The notes below the pieces were generated by a model. It was not told the origin of the DNA and searched no databases. It was given only the letters and a program-made list of their open reading frames with translations. DNA of 64,000 nt from a virus. Shown one piece after another: positions 37,290 to 46,303 of the stretch; the stretch's first letter is position 1; each line of letters opens with the position of its first letter. The position numbers were made by a program, and so were the translations under genes. The stretch lies in the IMG/VR virus record IMGVR_UViG_3300028197_000003, positions 32,001 through 96,000 of that record; one strand, given 5' to 3'.

Positions 37290-37921
37290 TGGCTTTTTTA
37301 GTCCACAACTTACCTCCTATACCTGTCAAGGTTAGGAAAGAGTTTCTTTATGATCATGAATATGGACATGGAGAATTTACTGAAGGTATTTGGGTAAGTG
37401 TCAAGAGTGTTCAGTACAAAGCACTTTATTTTGAAACTATGCTTCCTGAGTATGGTGCTTTATTTGATAAACTACCTTTGAGTGCATTTGTTTGGAAAGA
37501 AGATCATGGCGATCTTTCACTAGATACGCTACAATTGTGGGACTGCTTTGATTACAATCTTACTGTAATTGAAAAACCTATACTTTCACGTTGTGAATTC
37601 TTTGGTAAAGATAAGCAGATGCACCCTGGTGAATACATGTTCACCATAGATACTTGCCATAGCGAGTCATCTACACTAGACACTGGTTTCAGTCAAGATG
37701 ATCCTGAGCACAAGTCTTTCAACATCATTAGACTTGACAACGGACAATTTGCTGCTCAACCAAACAATCGTGTCATCTGGAAAGACATGAGTCTTATTCC
37801 AGCAGGCACAAAAATGCCAGACTTCAAAGTTTGTACTCAAAACTACCGAGTTGAAAACTCGGATAAGTGGACAGTAGGACACTCTGAAGAATGGATGTAC
37901 AAAACAGAGGACGGAGCATGA
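37289..37921 (+). CDS. Hypothetical protein (210 aa)
   Basis: Coupled ORF in the gp55-gp47 operon. Confidence 0.75.
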   Translation: MAFLVHNLPPIPVKVRKEFLYDHEYGHGEFTEGIWVSVKSVQYKALYFETMLPEYGALFDKLPLSAFVWKEDHGDLSLDTLQLWDCFDYNLTVIEKPILSRCEFFGKDKQMHPGEYMFTIDTCHSESSTLDTGFSQDDPEHKSFNIIRLDNGQFAAQPNNRVIWKDMSLIPAGTKMPDFKVCTQNYRVENSDKWTVGHSEEWMYKTEDGA

Positions 37922-38121
37922 AAATTCTCACTCTTGAGGATTACGAAAAGGCTGGTGAATTATTCTGGCCAAAGTATTGGTACGTTGCTAAGGAACTTGG
38001 CGAAGGTGCTAAATCAGAAGACATCTTGAAAGTCATGGAGTCACTCGGTGGGGTTGCTCTAAAACTTGCAACAGAAAATAAAGAAGGACCCTTTGGTTTC
38101 AACAAAAAAAATGATCAATGA
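37918..38121 (+). CDS. Hypothetical protein (67 aa)
   Basis: MKILTLEDYEKAG; ATGA overlaps at both ends. Confidence 0.7.
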   Translation: MKILTLEDYEKAGELFWPKYWYVAKELGEGAKSEDILKVMESLGGVALKLATENKEGPFGFNKKNDQ

Positions 38122-39158
38122 AAGTTGCTATCATCACAGACCAGCACTTTGGATTCAAGAAAGGATCCAGACTGTATCATGAATACTTTCTAAAATTCTA
38201 TGAAGAAACTTTCTTTCCTATGTTGGAAAGAGAAGGTATCAAAACTGTACTTGACCTTGGAGATACTTTTGACAACCGTAAAGGTGTTGATTTATATTCT
38301 CTGGACTGGGCGAAAAGAAATTATTTCGACCGTCTTCGATCTATGGGGATATCTGTGGTTTCTGTTGTGGGCAATCACACCGCCTTCTATAAAAACACTA
38401 ATGACATCAATACTATCGATCTACTCTTACGAGAGTACGATAACGTTCGTATTATTGGTGACTGCGAAGAAGTAGATATTGGTGGTCTTCCTGTTCTATT
38501 CATTCCTTGGATCAATCAGGAAAACAAAGAGCACACATATAAAACAATCAAAGAGTCCAAAGCAAAAGTTGCTATGGGTCATTTGGAACTCAATGGTTTT
38601 GTTGCTACTCATGGTCATGTCATGGAGCATGGTAATGACATTGAGGTTTACAAGAAATTTGACCGTGTTCTTTCAGGACACTTCCATACTAGGTCTAGTA
38701 ATGGACAAATCTATTACATCGGTAATCCATACGAGATGTTCTGGAGTGATGTAAATGATAAGCGTGGGTGTGTGATCTTCGATACCGAAGACTTCACCAT
38801 GAAGAACGTAGATAATCCAAACACTTTATACAAAGTGATCAAGTATTCTGACACTCCCCGTCAGTTGTTCAAGTTCAGTGAGTATTCGGGAAAGATTGTC
38901 AAGGTAGTTGTATTCAAGAAGAGTAGTGATAAAGAATACAATCGTTTTATGGCGGCACTTGCAAAGGTAAACCCAGTTGAGATCAAGGTTATTGAAAAGT
39001 CAGAGTACATCTTTATGGATGCTGACTTTGCTGAACAGACAGAAGATACTATGACTCTGTTGAATAAGTACGTAGATGAATTAGAGACAAATCTAAATAA
39101 ATCTAAGATCAAAGATATACTTACTGAAGCATACCAACTAGCGTGCGAGGGTATCTAA
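38118..39158 (+). CDS. gp47: Recombination endonuclease subunit (Mre11/SbcD-like)
   Basis: TDQHFG; LGDTFD; VGNH; SGHFH. Confidence 0.95.
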   Translation: MKVAIITDQHFGFKKGSRLYHEYFLKFYEETFFPMLEREGIKTVLDLGDTFDNRKGVDLYSLDWAKRNYFDRLRSMGISVVSVVGNHTAFYKNTNDINTIDLLLREYDNVRIIGDCEEVDIGGLPVLFIPWINQENKEHTYKTIKESKAKVAMGHLELNGFVATHGHVMEHGNDIEVYKKFDRVLSGHFHTRSSNGQIYYIGNPYEMFWSDVNDKRGCVIFDTEDFTMKNVDNPNTLYKVIKYSDTPRQLFKFSEYSGKIVKVVVFKKSSDKEYNRFMAALAKVNPVEIKVIEKSEYIFMDADFAEQTEDTMTLLNKYVDELETNLNKSKIKDILTEAYQLACEGI

Positions 39159-39416
39159 GTGCACATAATCACCCCGATAGAAACTAAGAACGAAGGCGCA
39201 TTTGCCGTTGTTGATGAAACGGGTGAGAAAGTTGTATTCTTTTTTGTAGAACGTGACGATGCAGAAAGATATGTTATGATGTTAGAATGTAATGGACTCG
39301 ATTCTGAAATGGAAGTTGTAGACATTGCTGACAAAGCTGCTATTGCAGCATGTGAACGAACGGGTACTAAGTACGCGATCATCAATAAGAATGACCTTGT
39401 AATCCCTGTTGAATGA
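39159..39416 (+). CDS. Hypothetical protein (85 aa, GTG start)
   Basis: Fills the gap between gp47 and gp46. Confidence 0.7.
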   Translation: MHIITPIETKNEGAFAVVDETGEKVVFFFVERDDAERYVMMLECNGLDSEMEVVDIADKAAIAACERTGTKYAIINKNDLVIPVE

Positions 39417-41122
39417 TTCTCTTCAAAGAAATTCGTTATAAAAACTTTTTATCATCTGGGAATCATTTTACTAAAATCAATCTAGACACAAGCAAGGATA
39501 CCTTGATTGTTGGTCAGAATGGTGCAGGTAAAAGTACAATTCTTGATGCACTGACCTTCTCACTGTTTAGTAAACCTTTTCGTAAGGTGAACAAACCGCA
39601 ACTGGTCAACAGTGTCAATGAACGTGACTGCCTAGTAGAAATCTTGTTTGTCATTGGCACGACTGAGTACAAGGTGGTTCGTGGAATCAAACCTAATATT
39701 TTTGAGATCTATAAAGACGGATCTAAATTCAATGAAGATTGTGATGCTAAAGAGCAGCAGCAATTCCTTGAAAAGCAAATCCTCAAACTGAACTACAAAT
39801 CGTTTACTCAGATCGTCATCCTGGGTAGTGCTAGTTTTGTACCGTTCATGCAACTCTCAGCAGCACACCGCAGAGAGGTCATAGAAGACCTCCTAGACAT
39901 CTCTGTGTTCTCATCCATGTCTGAGATCATCAAAGGGCGTCTGAAGGACTCCAAGGATGGTCTGAAGGTGCTAGAGTTGAAGAAGGAATCTGTAGCAGAC
40001 AAAATTCTGATGCAGAAACGGTTCATCAAAACTCTGGAGGAGTCTTCTCAAAATGATATCACTTCCAAACAGGAGGAGATCCAGTTACTGGATCAAGAGT
40101 CAGGGGACTACCAAATCAAGATTGCGGATCTCCTGGAAGAAAGCGAAGACCTTCAAACAGCAATCCAAGGATTTACTTCTTCAGGCGATACTGTAAAGAA
40201 ACTGAATCAATTCAAAGCAAAACTTCAAACAAAAGAACTTAGTTCATCAAAAGAGATCAAGTTCTTTGAAGAAAATACGGTATGCCCTACATGTACACAA
40301 ACCATTGATGATGCATTTAGGGTAAATAAGATTGAACATCTCCAGCAACTTCTAATAAAGCACGTTGATAGTCTTACTCAAATTGAGAACGCAATCACTG
40401 CTGAGGAGGAGAAAGAACAACAGTTTCTTACTCTGCAAAAGGAGATCACTACCATCACGCATGAAATTTCTCAGTACAATCTTAGAATCTCTAATTCAAG
40501 AAAACGAAAGTCAACTCTGGAATCAGAAATTCAAAACCTTACCGATAGCATTGAGAACCGATCTACTGAAGACGACAAACTATCAGAATACAAGGAGAAA
40601 TTGCGAGCGGTACTGCAGAAATTAGAAGAAACTAATAATACGTTTGACTATTTGACTCAAGGTAATTTACTACTAAAAGACGATGGCGTAAAGAGTTCGA
40701 TTATTAGGAAGTATCTTCCGATGATCAACAAACTCGTCAACGATTACTTGCAGCGGATGGATTTCTATATCAACTTCACGCTGGACGAGGAGTTCAACGA
40801 GAAGATCCAGACCCCTGTGCATGAGAAGTTCTCGTATGCATCCTTTAGTGAAGGAGAAAAGATGAGGATTGACCTTGCTCTCTTGTTCACGTGGAGGGAG
40901 ATTGCTCGTATGAAGAATAGCGTCGTCACCAATCTTCTTATTATGGACGAGGTGTTTGATTCATCTCTTGATGGGTTTGGAACTGAAGAGTTTTTGAAAA
41001 TTGTTCGCTTTGTGATAAAAGATGCTAATGTGTTTATCATTTCCCATAAGAACGAACTGTTTGACAAGTTCGACCATAGTCTTGAATTCAAGAAAATTGG
41101 TGGGTTTTCACAACTAGCTTGA
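39413..41122 (+). CDS. gp46: Recombination ATPase (Rad50/SbcC-like)
   Basis: GQNGAGKST; CPTC zinc hook; FSEGEK; LIMDE. Confidence 0.96.
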   Translation: MILFKEIRYKNFLSSGNHFTKINLDTSKDTLIVGQNGAGKSTILDALTFSLFSKPFRKVNKPQLVNSVNERDCLVEILFVIGTTEYKVVRGIKPNIFEIYKDGSKFNEDCDAKEQQQFLEKQILKLNYKSFTQIVILGSASFVPFMQLSAAHRREVIEDLLDISVFSSMSEIIKGRLKDSKDGLKVLELKKESVADKILMQKRFIKTLEESSQNDITSKQEEIQLLDQESGDYQIKIADLLEESEDLQTAIQGFTSSGDTVKKLNQFKAKLQTKELSSSKEIKFFEENTVCPTCTQTIDDAFRVNKIEHLQQLLIKHVDSLTQIENAITAEEEKEQQFLTLQKEITTITHEISQYNLRISNSRKRKSTLESEIQNLTDSIENRSTEDDKLSEYKEKLRAVLQKLEETNNTFDYLTQGNLLLKDDGVKSSIIRKYLPMINKLVNDYLQRMDFYINFTLDEEFNEKIQTPVHEKFSYASFSEGEKMRIDLALLFTWREIARMKNSVVTNLLIMDEVFDSSLDGFGTEEFLKIVRFVIKDANVFIISHKNELFDKFDHSLEFKKIGGFSQLA

Positions 41123-41152
41123 CAACTCACCAGAAAAGATGTACTCTAAATA
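41119..41152 (+). promoter_or_regulatory. Dual promoter: TTGACA-N17-TACTCT plus late TAAATA
   Basis: -35 at 41119, -10 at 41142, TAAATA at 41147. Confidence 0.75.
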
Positions 41153-41155
41153 AGT

Positions 41156-41228
41156 ATTCGTGCTTAGTCACGAATCTTTACACTACGTGGTCCTGTCGAA
41201 CCACTTCCATCTACGGGATATTTCCGTA
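41156..41228 (+). other. Three-hairpin structured 5' leader
   Basis: ATTCGTG/CACGAAT, GTGGT/ACCAC and TACGG/CCGTA stems in series. Confidence 0.5.
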
Positions 41229-41243
41229 AGTAACCTAACAACC

Positions 41244-41615
41244 ATGATCAAGCCTTTTCTCGCAGCCTCTGCTGCTCTGTTCGCTTCAGCCGGTGCAGTA
41301 TTTGCTGGACCCTATGTCAACGTAGAATCCAATGCCTCCTGGACGGGTGCGGATTACAATTCGGCCACCACAGATTTTCACGTGGGGTACGAAGGACTTC
41401 TGGGTGACTCTGCTTCATACTACGTTCAAGGCGGCGCTAGTGTAGTCTCCCCTGACGGCAGCGAAAGCGACACCGTTCCTTCTGGTAAGGCAGGCGTCAA
41501 TTTCGCTGCTACTGAAGCAGTAGGTGTCTATGGTGAAGTCTCCTTCTTGGGAAGTGGAGACAGTGCTATCGACCGTGGATACGGTGGTAAACTCGGAGTC
41601 AAGTACAATTTCTGA
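41244..41615 (+). CDS. Small porin-like outer-membrane beta-barrel protein
   Basis: Signal peptide MIKPFLAASAALFASAGAVFA; alternating beta pattern; C-terminal GVKYNF. Confidence 0.7.
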   Translation: MIKPFLAASAALFASAGAVFAGPYVNVESNASWTGADYNSATTDFHVGYEGLLGDSASYYVQGGASVVSPDGSESDTVPSGKAGVNFAATEAVGVYGEVSFLGSGDSAIDRGYGGKLGVKYNF

Positions 41616-41645
41616 TCAGAAGTAAAGTACAACTTCTAATTTTAC

Positions 41646-41672
41646 AGGGGGGTCTTCGGACCCCCTTTTTTT
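41646..41672 (+). terminator. Terminator with UUCG loop
   Basis: GGGGGTC-ttcg-GACCCCC followed by T7; TAAATA at 41674-41679. Confidence 0.92.
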
Positions 41673-41702
41673 CTAAATAGCCTCGAATATTATTAGTCTG
41701 GC

Positions 41703-42353
41703 ATGGTTATCCCTCAAACAGGGAGTCAACTATCAACCCAACAGGCACCTGAGAAGCGAAGTTCATCTTTGAAATGGTTTGCCTTAGGGCTTGGTGGATT
41801 ACTTGGCATTTCTCATCTCGCCATGATTGGTATGCTTGTAGGTAACAAGCAGATGGTTTACCCCAACCTCAATCTTCCCGTAAGCGACTATACTTCTTAT
41901 GAAGCGGAGGTAGGACCCCAAGGTTATCGGGTCAAGTACAACTCCAATGATCCAAAAACTCTCAGTAGAGTTCAGGAATTAGAACTGGATAAGTCTGCTG
42001 AACGACCTGGAGGTCTTTTTGGTGGTGGAAGTCCCCGAAGAAGTTCTGAGAAACGTACTCAGAAAAGTGTAGAAGAATATACAATGCAGGGTACTCTCAA
42101 CATGCAGAATGAGGGTGGTCTCCCAAAGATCATTGCAGCATCAGACCTGAACGTCGCGTGTATCGAGGCGGTCGGTGGTGGCAAGAGCCAAGGAAAACTC
42201 CTAGGTGCTAGTCTTGGTGCTGCGGCTGCTCCCGCTTTCATGGGGATTCCTATTGTTGGACCTCTTTTAGGTGGTATTGTTACTATGTTCTCCTCTGATA
42301 AAGCAGCCGAAATTGGTGGCAACATGGCAGAAAACTTCTCGGATGACTGCTAA
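41703..42353 (+). CDS. Membrane protein with N-terminal TM helix and C-terminal glycine-zipper-like segment
   Basis: WFALGLGGLLGISHLAMIGML; LLGASLGAAAA...LLGGIV. Confidence 0.7.
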   Translation: MVIPQTGSQLSTQQAPEKRSSSLKWFALGLGGLLGISHLAMIGMLVGNKQMVYPNLNLPVSDYTSYEAEVGPQGYRVKYNSNDPKTLSRVQELELDKSAERPGGLFGGGSPRRSSEKRTQKSVEEYTMQGTLNMQNEGGLPKIIAASDLNVACIEAVGGGKSQGKLLGASLGAAAAPAFMGIPIVGPLLGGIVTMFSSDKAAEIGGNMAENFSDDC

Positions 42354-43209
42354 TCTTCATATCAATGCAGGGGCAGCGTACTCAGGTACAAAACCCCTGT
42401 GTTATAGCATTGAAAAAACTGGGTATGCACCTATGGGGGAGGATCGGAAAACAGAACCGAACCTCCTTTATTATTTGTCCCTTCAAGAGTCAGAGGCACA
42501 GTGGTACTGGGAGTCTCAGCATAGTCATAGGACCCAATCCTACATCAAAAAGAATTACACACTCTCTGACTACATTGAGTATGTGAAGAATAGAAATGGG
42601 TTGTTGGATTTTTCTAATAGCAATCAAGCATTACCTGATTATTTCCTGAAAATTATTGCCCCAATACTTCAAAAAGAATTCAATGTTACTGTCACGCTAA
42701 TCTGGAGAGACCCTGTTAGGAGATCTTATTCTCAACTCTCAGACATCTATCAAAAGAAAACTGGCAAGAAACAAACTCCTCAGTGGAAAATTCACAAGAC
42801 ATCTAATCTCAAAAAAGATCTAGCGGAAAGGCGTAAGTGGAGAGAAATTTCTGATAAATTTCCTACTAGCATTTCTTTTTGGAAACACTGTGTCGAGAAT
42901 AGAGACTGGCATATCTGTGACTATGCAGAAATCTATAAACGCTGGCAGTGCTTTGACAATATTCAACACCTGATCATGGAAGACTTGTGGTCATGTGATT
43001 CTGAACTCCTTCTGTTGGAAGAACTTCTTGACCGCCCTGTCGGTGTTCTATATGATAATGCTTACTGTTCTGCTGGGATTGCTGAAGGTCATCAGCAAAC
43101 TGATATGGAAGTTTTGAGTGAAGAAGATATTGCCTGGGGTCAAGATCAAATGTCATGGGTATATAATAATTTCAAAGATAGTTTTGGTTATATACCTTCT
43201 TCGTGGTAG
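42343..43209 (+). CDS. Sulfotransferase-like protein, divergent family A
   Basis: NAGAAYSGTKPL; WRDPVRRSYS; LYDNAYC. Confidence 0.6.
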   Translation: MTANLHINAGAAYSGTKPLCYSIEKTGYAPMGEDRKTEPNLLYYLSLQESEAQWYWESQHSHRTQSYIKKNYTLSDYIEYVKNRNGLLDFSNSNQALPDYFLKIIAPILQKEFNVTVTLIWRDPVRRSYSQLSDIYQKKTGKKQTPQWKIHKTSNLKKDLAERRKWREISDKFPTSISFWKHCVENRDWHICDYAEIYKRWQCFDNIQHLIMEDLWSCDSELLLLEELLDRPVGVLYDNAYCSAGIAEGHQQTDMEVLSEEDIAWGQDQMSWVYNNFKDSFGYIPSSW

Positions 43210-43218
43210 TCTGTAATT

Positions 43219-43413
43219 ATGAAATTCCTAACGAATCCAGGTACGCTAACTTCCCTTCTAATGTTGGGAACGCTAGCACTGATAGGGGCACTGCATAACC
43301 ATGCCCACTTCACAATGGATAAGGATGCAGATGCTTATGTGAGGCAGTGGTGTAGAGCATCAGCAGAAAACAAAAAGACCTGCATCAGTTATGGCGGAAA
43401 CATGGACTATTGA
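43219..43413 (+). CDS. Small membrane-anchored hypothetical protein
   Basis: 64 aa, hydrophobic N-terminus. Confidence 0.6.
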   Translation: MKFLTNPGTLTSLLMLGTLALIGALHNHAHFTMDKDADAYVRQWCRASAENKKTCISYGGNMDY

Positions 43414-43438
43414 CAAAACTTTATCTTTACTATATACT
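43410..43438 (+). promoter_or_regulatory. sigma70 promoter TTGACA-N17-TATACT
   Basis: Near-consensus; 27 nt before hli. Confidence 0.85.
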
Positions 43439-43465
43439 ATGTGAAGAATCATTACGGAACGTATC

Positions 43466-43684
43466 ATGACTGTTACAACTGAGGATGGTGGACGTACAAA
43501 CATGTATGCCACAGAACCTAGGATGTATATTTCAGAGACTGACGCAGAGCGTTATGGTTCCGAGACATATGCAGAACGTGCCGAAAAACTAAATGGACGT
43601 ACTGCTATGGTTGGATTTGTTGCTGCTGTTGTCTCTTATGCTTTCAGTGGTAGCGTATTCTTTTTTGGTGCGTTCGGATTCTAA
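43466..43684 (+). CDS. hli: High-light-inducible protein
   Basis: AEKLNGRTAMVGFVAA chlorophyll-binding-type motif. Confidence 0.92.
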   Translation: MTVTTEDGGRTNMYATEPRMYISETDAERYGSETYAERAEKLNGRTAMVGFVAAVVSYAFSGSVFFFGAFGF

Positions 43685-43908
43685 TGATTGAACTTCTCAC
43701 TTATTATGTGATTGGCGGTGCTCTTATTATTGGACCACCTGCAATCTTCCTGATCATTGCTATGATGGGAGCTATCCAAAATACGAAAGGTCGTATGGTT
43801 GGATACAAAGACCACAAAACTTACGGTGATAGTTCTATCTACGACCCATCACCAAAATTACCAGTAGATCAAACCAAATTTTACCTCACTTTAGGAGAAC
43901 ATTCGTGA
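43684..43908 (+). CDS. Small membrane protein (74 aa)
   Basis: N-terminal TM segment; coupled to hli. Confidence 0.65.
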   Translation: MIELLTYYVIGGALIIGPPAIFLIIAMMGAIQNTKGRMVGYKDHKTYGDSSIYDPSPKLPVDQTKFYLTLGEHS

Positions 43909-44009
43909 AAGAAGCAGAACGTATCAACGGTTGGGCAGCAATGCTTGGTGTAATTGCAGCAATGGGTGCTTATGCATCTACAGGACAAATCATTCCAGGT
44001 ATTTGGTAA
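43905..44009 (+). CDS. hli: Second, minimal high-light-inducible protein (34 aa, GTG start)
   Basis: Not in track; MKEAERINGWAAMLGVIAAMGAYASTGQIIPGIW. Confidence 0.88.
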   Translation: MKEAERINGWAAMLGVIAAMGAYASTGQIIPGIW

Positions 44010-44077
44010 TGGCATTTATAGCAGTAGCACTACTGTTGCTAATTCCAATTGGTGCAGCAGTTAGGAAATCGTCATGA
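44009..44077 (+). CDS. Hydrophobic micro-peptide (22 aa)
   Basis: MAFIAVALLLLIPIGAAVRKSS; start/stop overlaps at both ends. Confidence 0.45.
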   Translation: MAFIAVALLLLIPIGAAVRKSS

Positions 44078-44211
44078 GTATAGAATGGGCACAGACAGTT
44101 ATTTTTCTCGTGGCACCATTTTTCTTTATGTTACTGTTGATTGAAACTGAGGATGACGATGGTCCACCAGACGGTGGACTAATGACACCAGTATTTCAAG
44201 GGACTACTTGA
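44074..44211 (+). CDS. Single-TM micro-protein with acidic DDD-GG-LMTP tail (45 aa)
   Basis: MSIEWAQTVIFLVAPFFFMLLLIETEDDDGPPDGGLMTPVFQGTT. Confidence 0.6.
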   Translation: MSIEWAQTVIFLVAPFFFMLLLIETEDDDGPPDGGLMTPVFQGTT

Positions 44212-44226
44212 TTAGTCCCTTTTTTT
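44199..44226 (+). terminator. Terminator of the hli operon
   Basis: AGGGACTA-cttgat-TAGTCCCT followed by T6. Confidence 0.9.
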
Positions 44227-44227
44227 G

Positions 44228-44236
44228 TGCTATAGT
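44228..44236 (+). promoter_or_regulatory. Extended -10 promoter TGCTATAGT for gp45
   Basis: Directly after the terminator, 19 nt before gp45. Confidence 0.65.
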
Positions 44237-44255
44237 TTAGCCTGTAAACTTCATT

Positions 44256-44942
44256 ATGAAACTCCGAGATACTATGAGACTGTCAGAAAAGACACTAAAG
44301 ATTCTGCAGAACTTTACGACGATCAATCAGTCTCTCTTCTTCAAAGAAGGTAATAAACTGCGAACAATTTCTGTCATGAAGAACGTTCTGGCAGAAGCGG
44401 AGATCGAGGAGTACATTCCTCGCGACTTTGCAATCTACGACCTACCTCAGTTTTTGAATACACTGTCTCTGTACAGGTCTCCTGAGGTGGATGTTTCTAC
44501 CAACACATCTCATGCCATTATCAAGGATGGTAACAACCGGGCAAAATTCTTCTTCTCTGATCCTAGTGTGATCGTTGCTCCTCCTGAAAAGGAGATGCAA
44601 TTGCCAAGCGAAGATGTTTCTTTTGCACTGACTGAAGCCGACCTGATTCGGATTCTAAAGTCTTCTTCTATCATGCAACTTCCCGATATGTCGGTGGTTG
44701 GTGAAGATGGGAGCGTAAAACTTGTGGTATCTGATAGGAAAAACGATACATCTAACGAGTATTCAATCCAAGTTGGTCAGACCGATCGATCGTTCTCCTT
44801 CAATTTCAAGATTGAGAACATTCGTTTGATCCCTAAAGACTATCAAGTAATTATTTCTGCCAAGAATTTGGCAAAATTCTCCAATAAAGATTACAACCTC
44901 ACTTACTTTATTGCTCTTGAGCCGGACTCTTCCTGCGAATAA
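44256..44942 (+). CDS. gp45: Sliding clamp
   Basis: LQNFTTINQS; FAIYDLPQFL; YFIALEP. Confidence 0.95.
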   Translation: MKLRDTMRLSEKTLKILQNFTTINQSLFFKEGNKLRTISVMKNVLAEAEIEEYIPRDFAIYDLPQFLNTLSLYRSPEVDVSTNTSHAIIKDGNNRAKFFFSDPSVIVAPPEKEMQLPSEDVSFALTEADLIRILKSSSIMQLPDMSVVGEDGSVKLVVSDRKNDTSNEYSIQVGQTDRSFSFNFKIENIRLIPKDYQVIISAKNLAKFSNKDYNLTYFIALEPDSSCE

Positions 44943-44944
44943 AC

Positions 44945-45208
44945 ATGGTTACTTCACATGGGCATTGGTTAGGTCAACTTTCTCTAGCGTTAGAGAAACT
45001 TGATTGGCCTAATGATGCAGAGATCTTAGTAGAAATTGGTGGCACTCAAGTAAGTGGCATTGAACAACCAGAAGGTTACAATGAGAAGTGGGCATCTCCA
45101 TTTGGTCATCGTAAGTACAACAAAGATGCCTTTATTGTTATCAAACAAAAAGAAACTGTAATTTCTAGTAAACCACCAGCACCGAAAGAACCTGATGAGT
45201 CAAAATGA
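44945..45208 (+). CDS. Hypothetical protein (87 aa)
   Basis: ATG ORF in the gp45-gp44 operon. Confidence 0.7.
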   Translation: MVTSHGHWLGQLSLALEKLDWPNDAEILVEIGGTQVSGIEQPEGYNEKWASPFGHRKYNKDAFIVIKQKETVISSKPPAPKEPDESK

Positions 45209-45353
45209 AAACTTCTTTTGTGAAGTTGATGACGATGGAATTTTGACTTTCCCTCAAGAACTCCTTGAGAAAACTGGTTGGAAGGAAGGAGACGTGTTAG
45301 AGTGGACTCCTAATGATGATGGGTCTTTTTCTTTGAGGAAACAGAATGAGTGA
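45195..45353 (+). CDS. AbrB/MazE/SpoVT-family DNA-binding protein (52 aa)
   Basis: Not in track; EVDDDGILTFPQELLEKTGWKEGDVLEW. Confidence 0.75.
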   Translation: MSQNENFFCEVDDDGILTFPQELLEKTGWKEGDVLEWTPNDDGSFSLRKQNE

Positions 45354-46290
45354 TGAATTTCTTTGGGTCGAAAAGTATCGACCTAAAACAATTGATGAGT
45401 GCATTCTTCCCAAGTCGATAAAGACGACTTTTACGGAGTTTGTAAATAGCGGTGAGATTCCTAATCTATTGCTTTCTGGTCCACCTGGAATAGGTAAGAC
45501 GACAGTAGCAAAGGCATTATGTCTTGAACTTGGAGCTGACTGCTATGTCATCAACGGATCAGATGAAGGAAGATTCCTGGACACGGTTCGTAATAAAGCA
45601 AAGAATTTCGCTTCAACTGTTTCTCTTACGTCTGAATCTAAGCACAAGGTCATCATCATTGATGAGGCAGATAATACTACACATGATGTACAACTCCTCC
45701 TCCGAGCTAACATCGAGGCGTTTTACAACAACTGTAGGTTTATCTTCACGTGCAATTACAAGAACAAAATTATTGAACCTCTCCACAGCCGATGCGCGGT
45801 GGTCGATTTCGGAGTTACAGGGAAAGAAAAACAACTGATTGCTGCTGGTTTCTTCAAGCGGTTGACTCAGATTCTTCAGATGGAGGGTGTTGAGTATGAA
45901 CCAAAAGTTGCAGTAGAACTTATCAATAAACACTTTCCTGATTGGAGACGTGTATTGAATGAGTGTCAAAGATATGCAACTAGTGGTAGAATAGATACAG
46001 GAGTTCTAGCAGACTTTAGTAACGTACAGGTCAATGAATTAGTTTCTTATATTAGTAAGAAGCAGTACCCCAATGTGCGGAAGTGGATTGTTCAAAATTT
46101 AGATAATGATCCCAATACAATCCTTAGAAAATTGTATGACTCAATCTATGAGCATATGAAACCAAAGTCTATTCCTGAGGCGGTACTAATTATTGCAAAA
46201 TACCAGTACCAGTCTGCTTTTGCAGCAGATCAAGAGATCAATCTCTTAGCAGCAATGACAGAAATTATGGTCAACTGCGAATTCAAGTAA
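45346..46290 (+). CDS. gp44: Clamp loader large subunit
   Basis: WVEKYRP; GPPGIGKT; IIIDEAD; LHSRC. Confidence 0.96.
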   Translation: MSDEFLWVEKYRPKTIDECILPKSIKTTFTEFVNSGEIPNLLLSGPPGIGKTTVAKALCLELGADCYVINGSDEGRFLDTVRNKAKNFASTVSLTSESKHKVIIIDEADNTTHDVQLLLRANIEAFYNNCRFIFTCNYKNKIIEPLHSRCAVVDFGVTGKEKQLIAAGFFKRLTQILQMEGVEYEPKVAVELINKHFPDWRRVLNECQRYATSGRIDTGVLADFSNVQVNELVSYISKKQYPNVRKWIVQNLDNDPNTILRKLYDSIYEHMKPKSIPEAVLIIAKYQYQSAFAADQEINLLAAMTEIMVNCEFK

Positions 46291-46303
46291 TCTAATCAGT
46301 TCA

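Noticed and set aside
41187-41204. GGTTCGA on the minus strand resembling a tRNA T-loop
   Set aside because: No acceptor, D or anticodon arms can be built; treated as part of the plus-strand leader hairpin.
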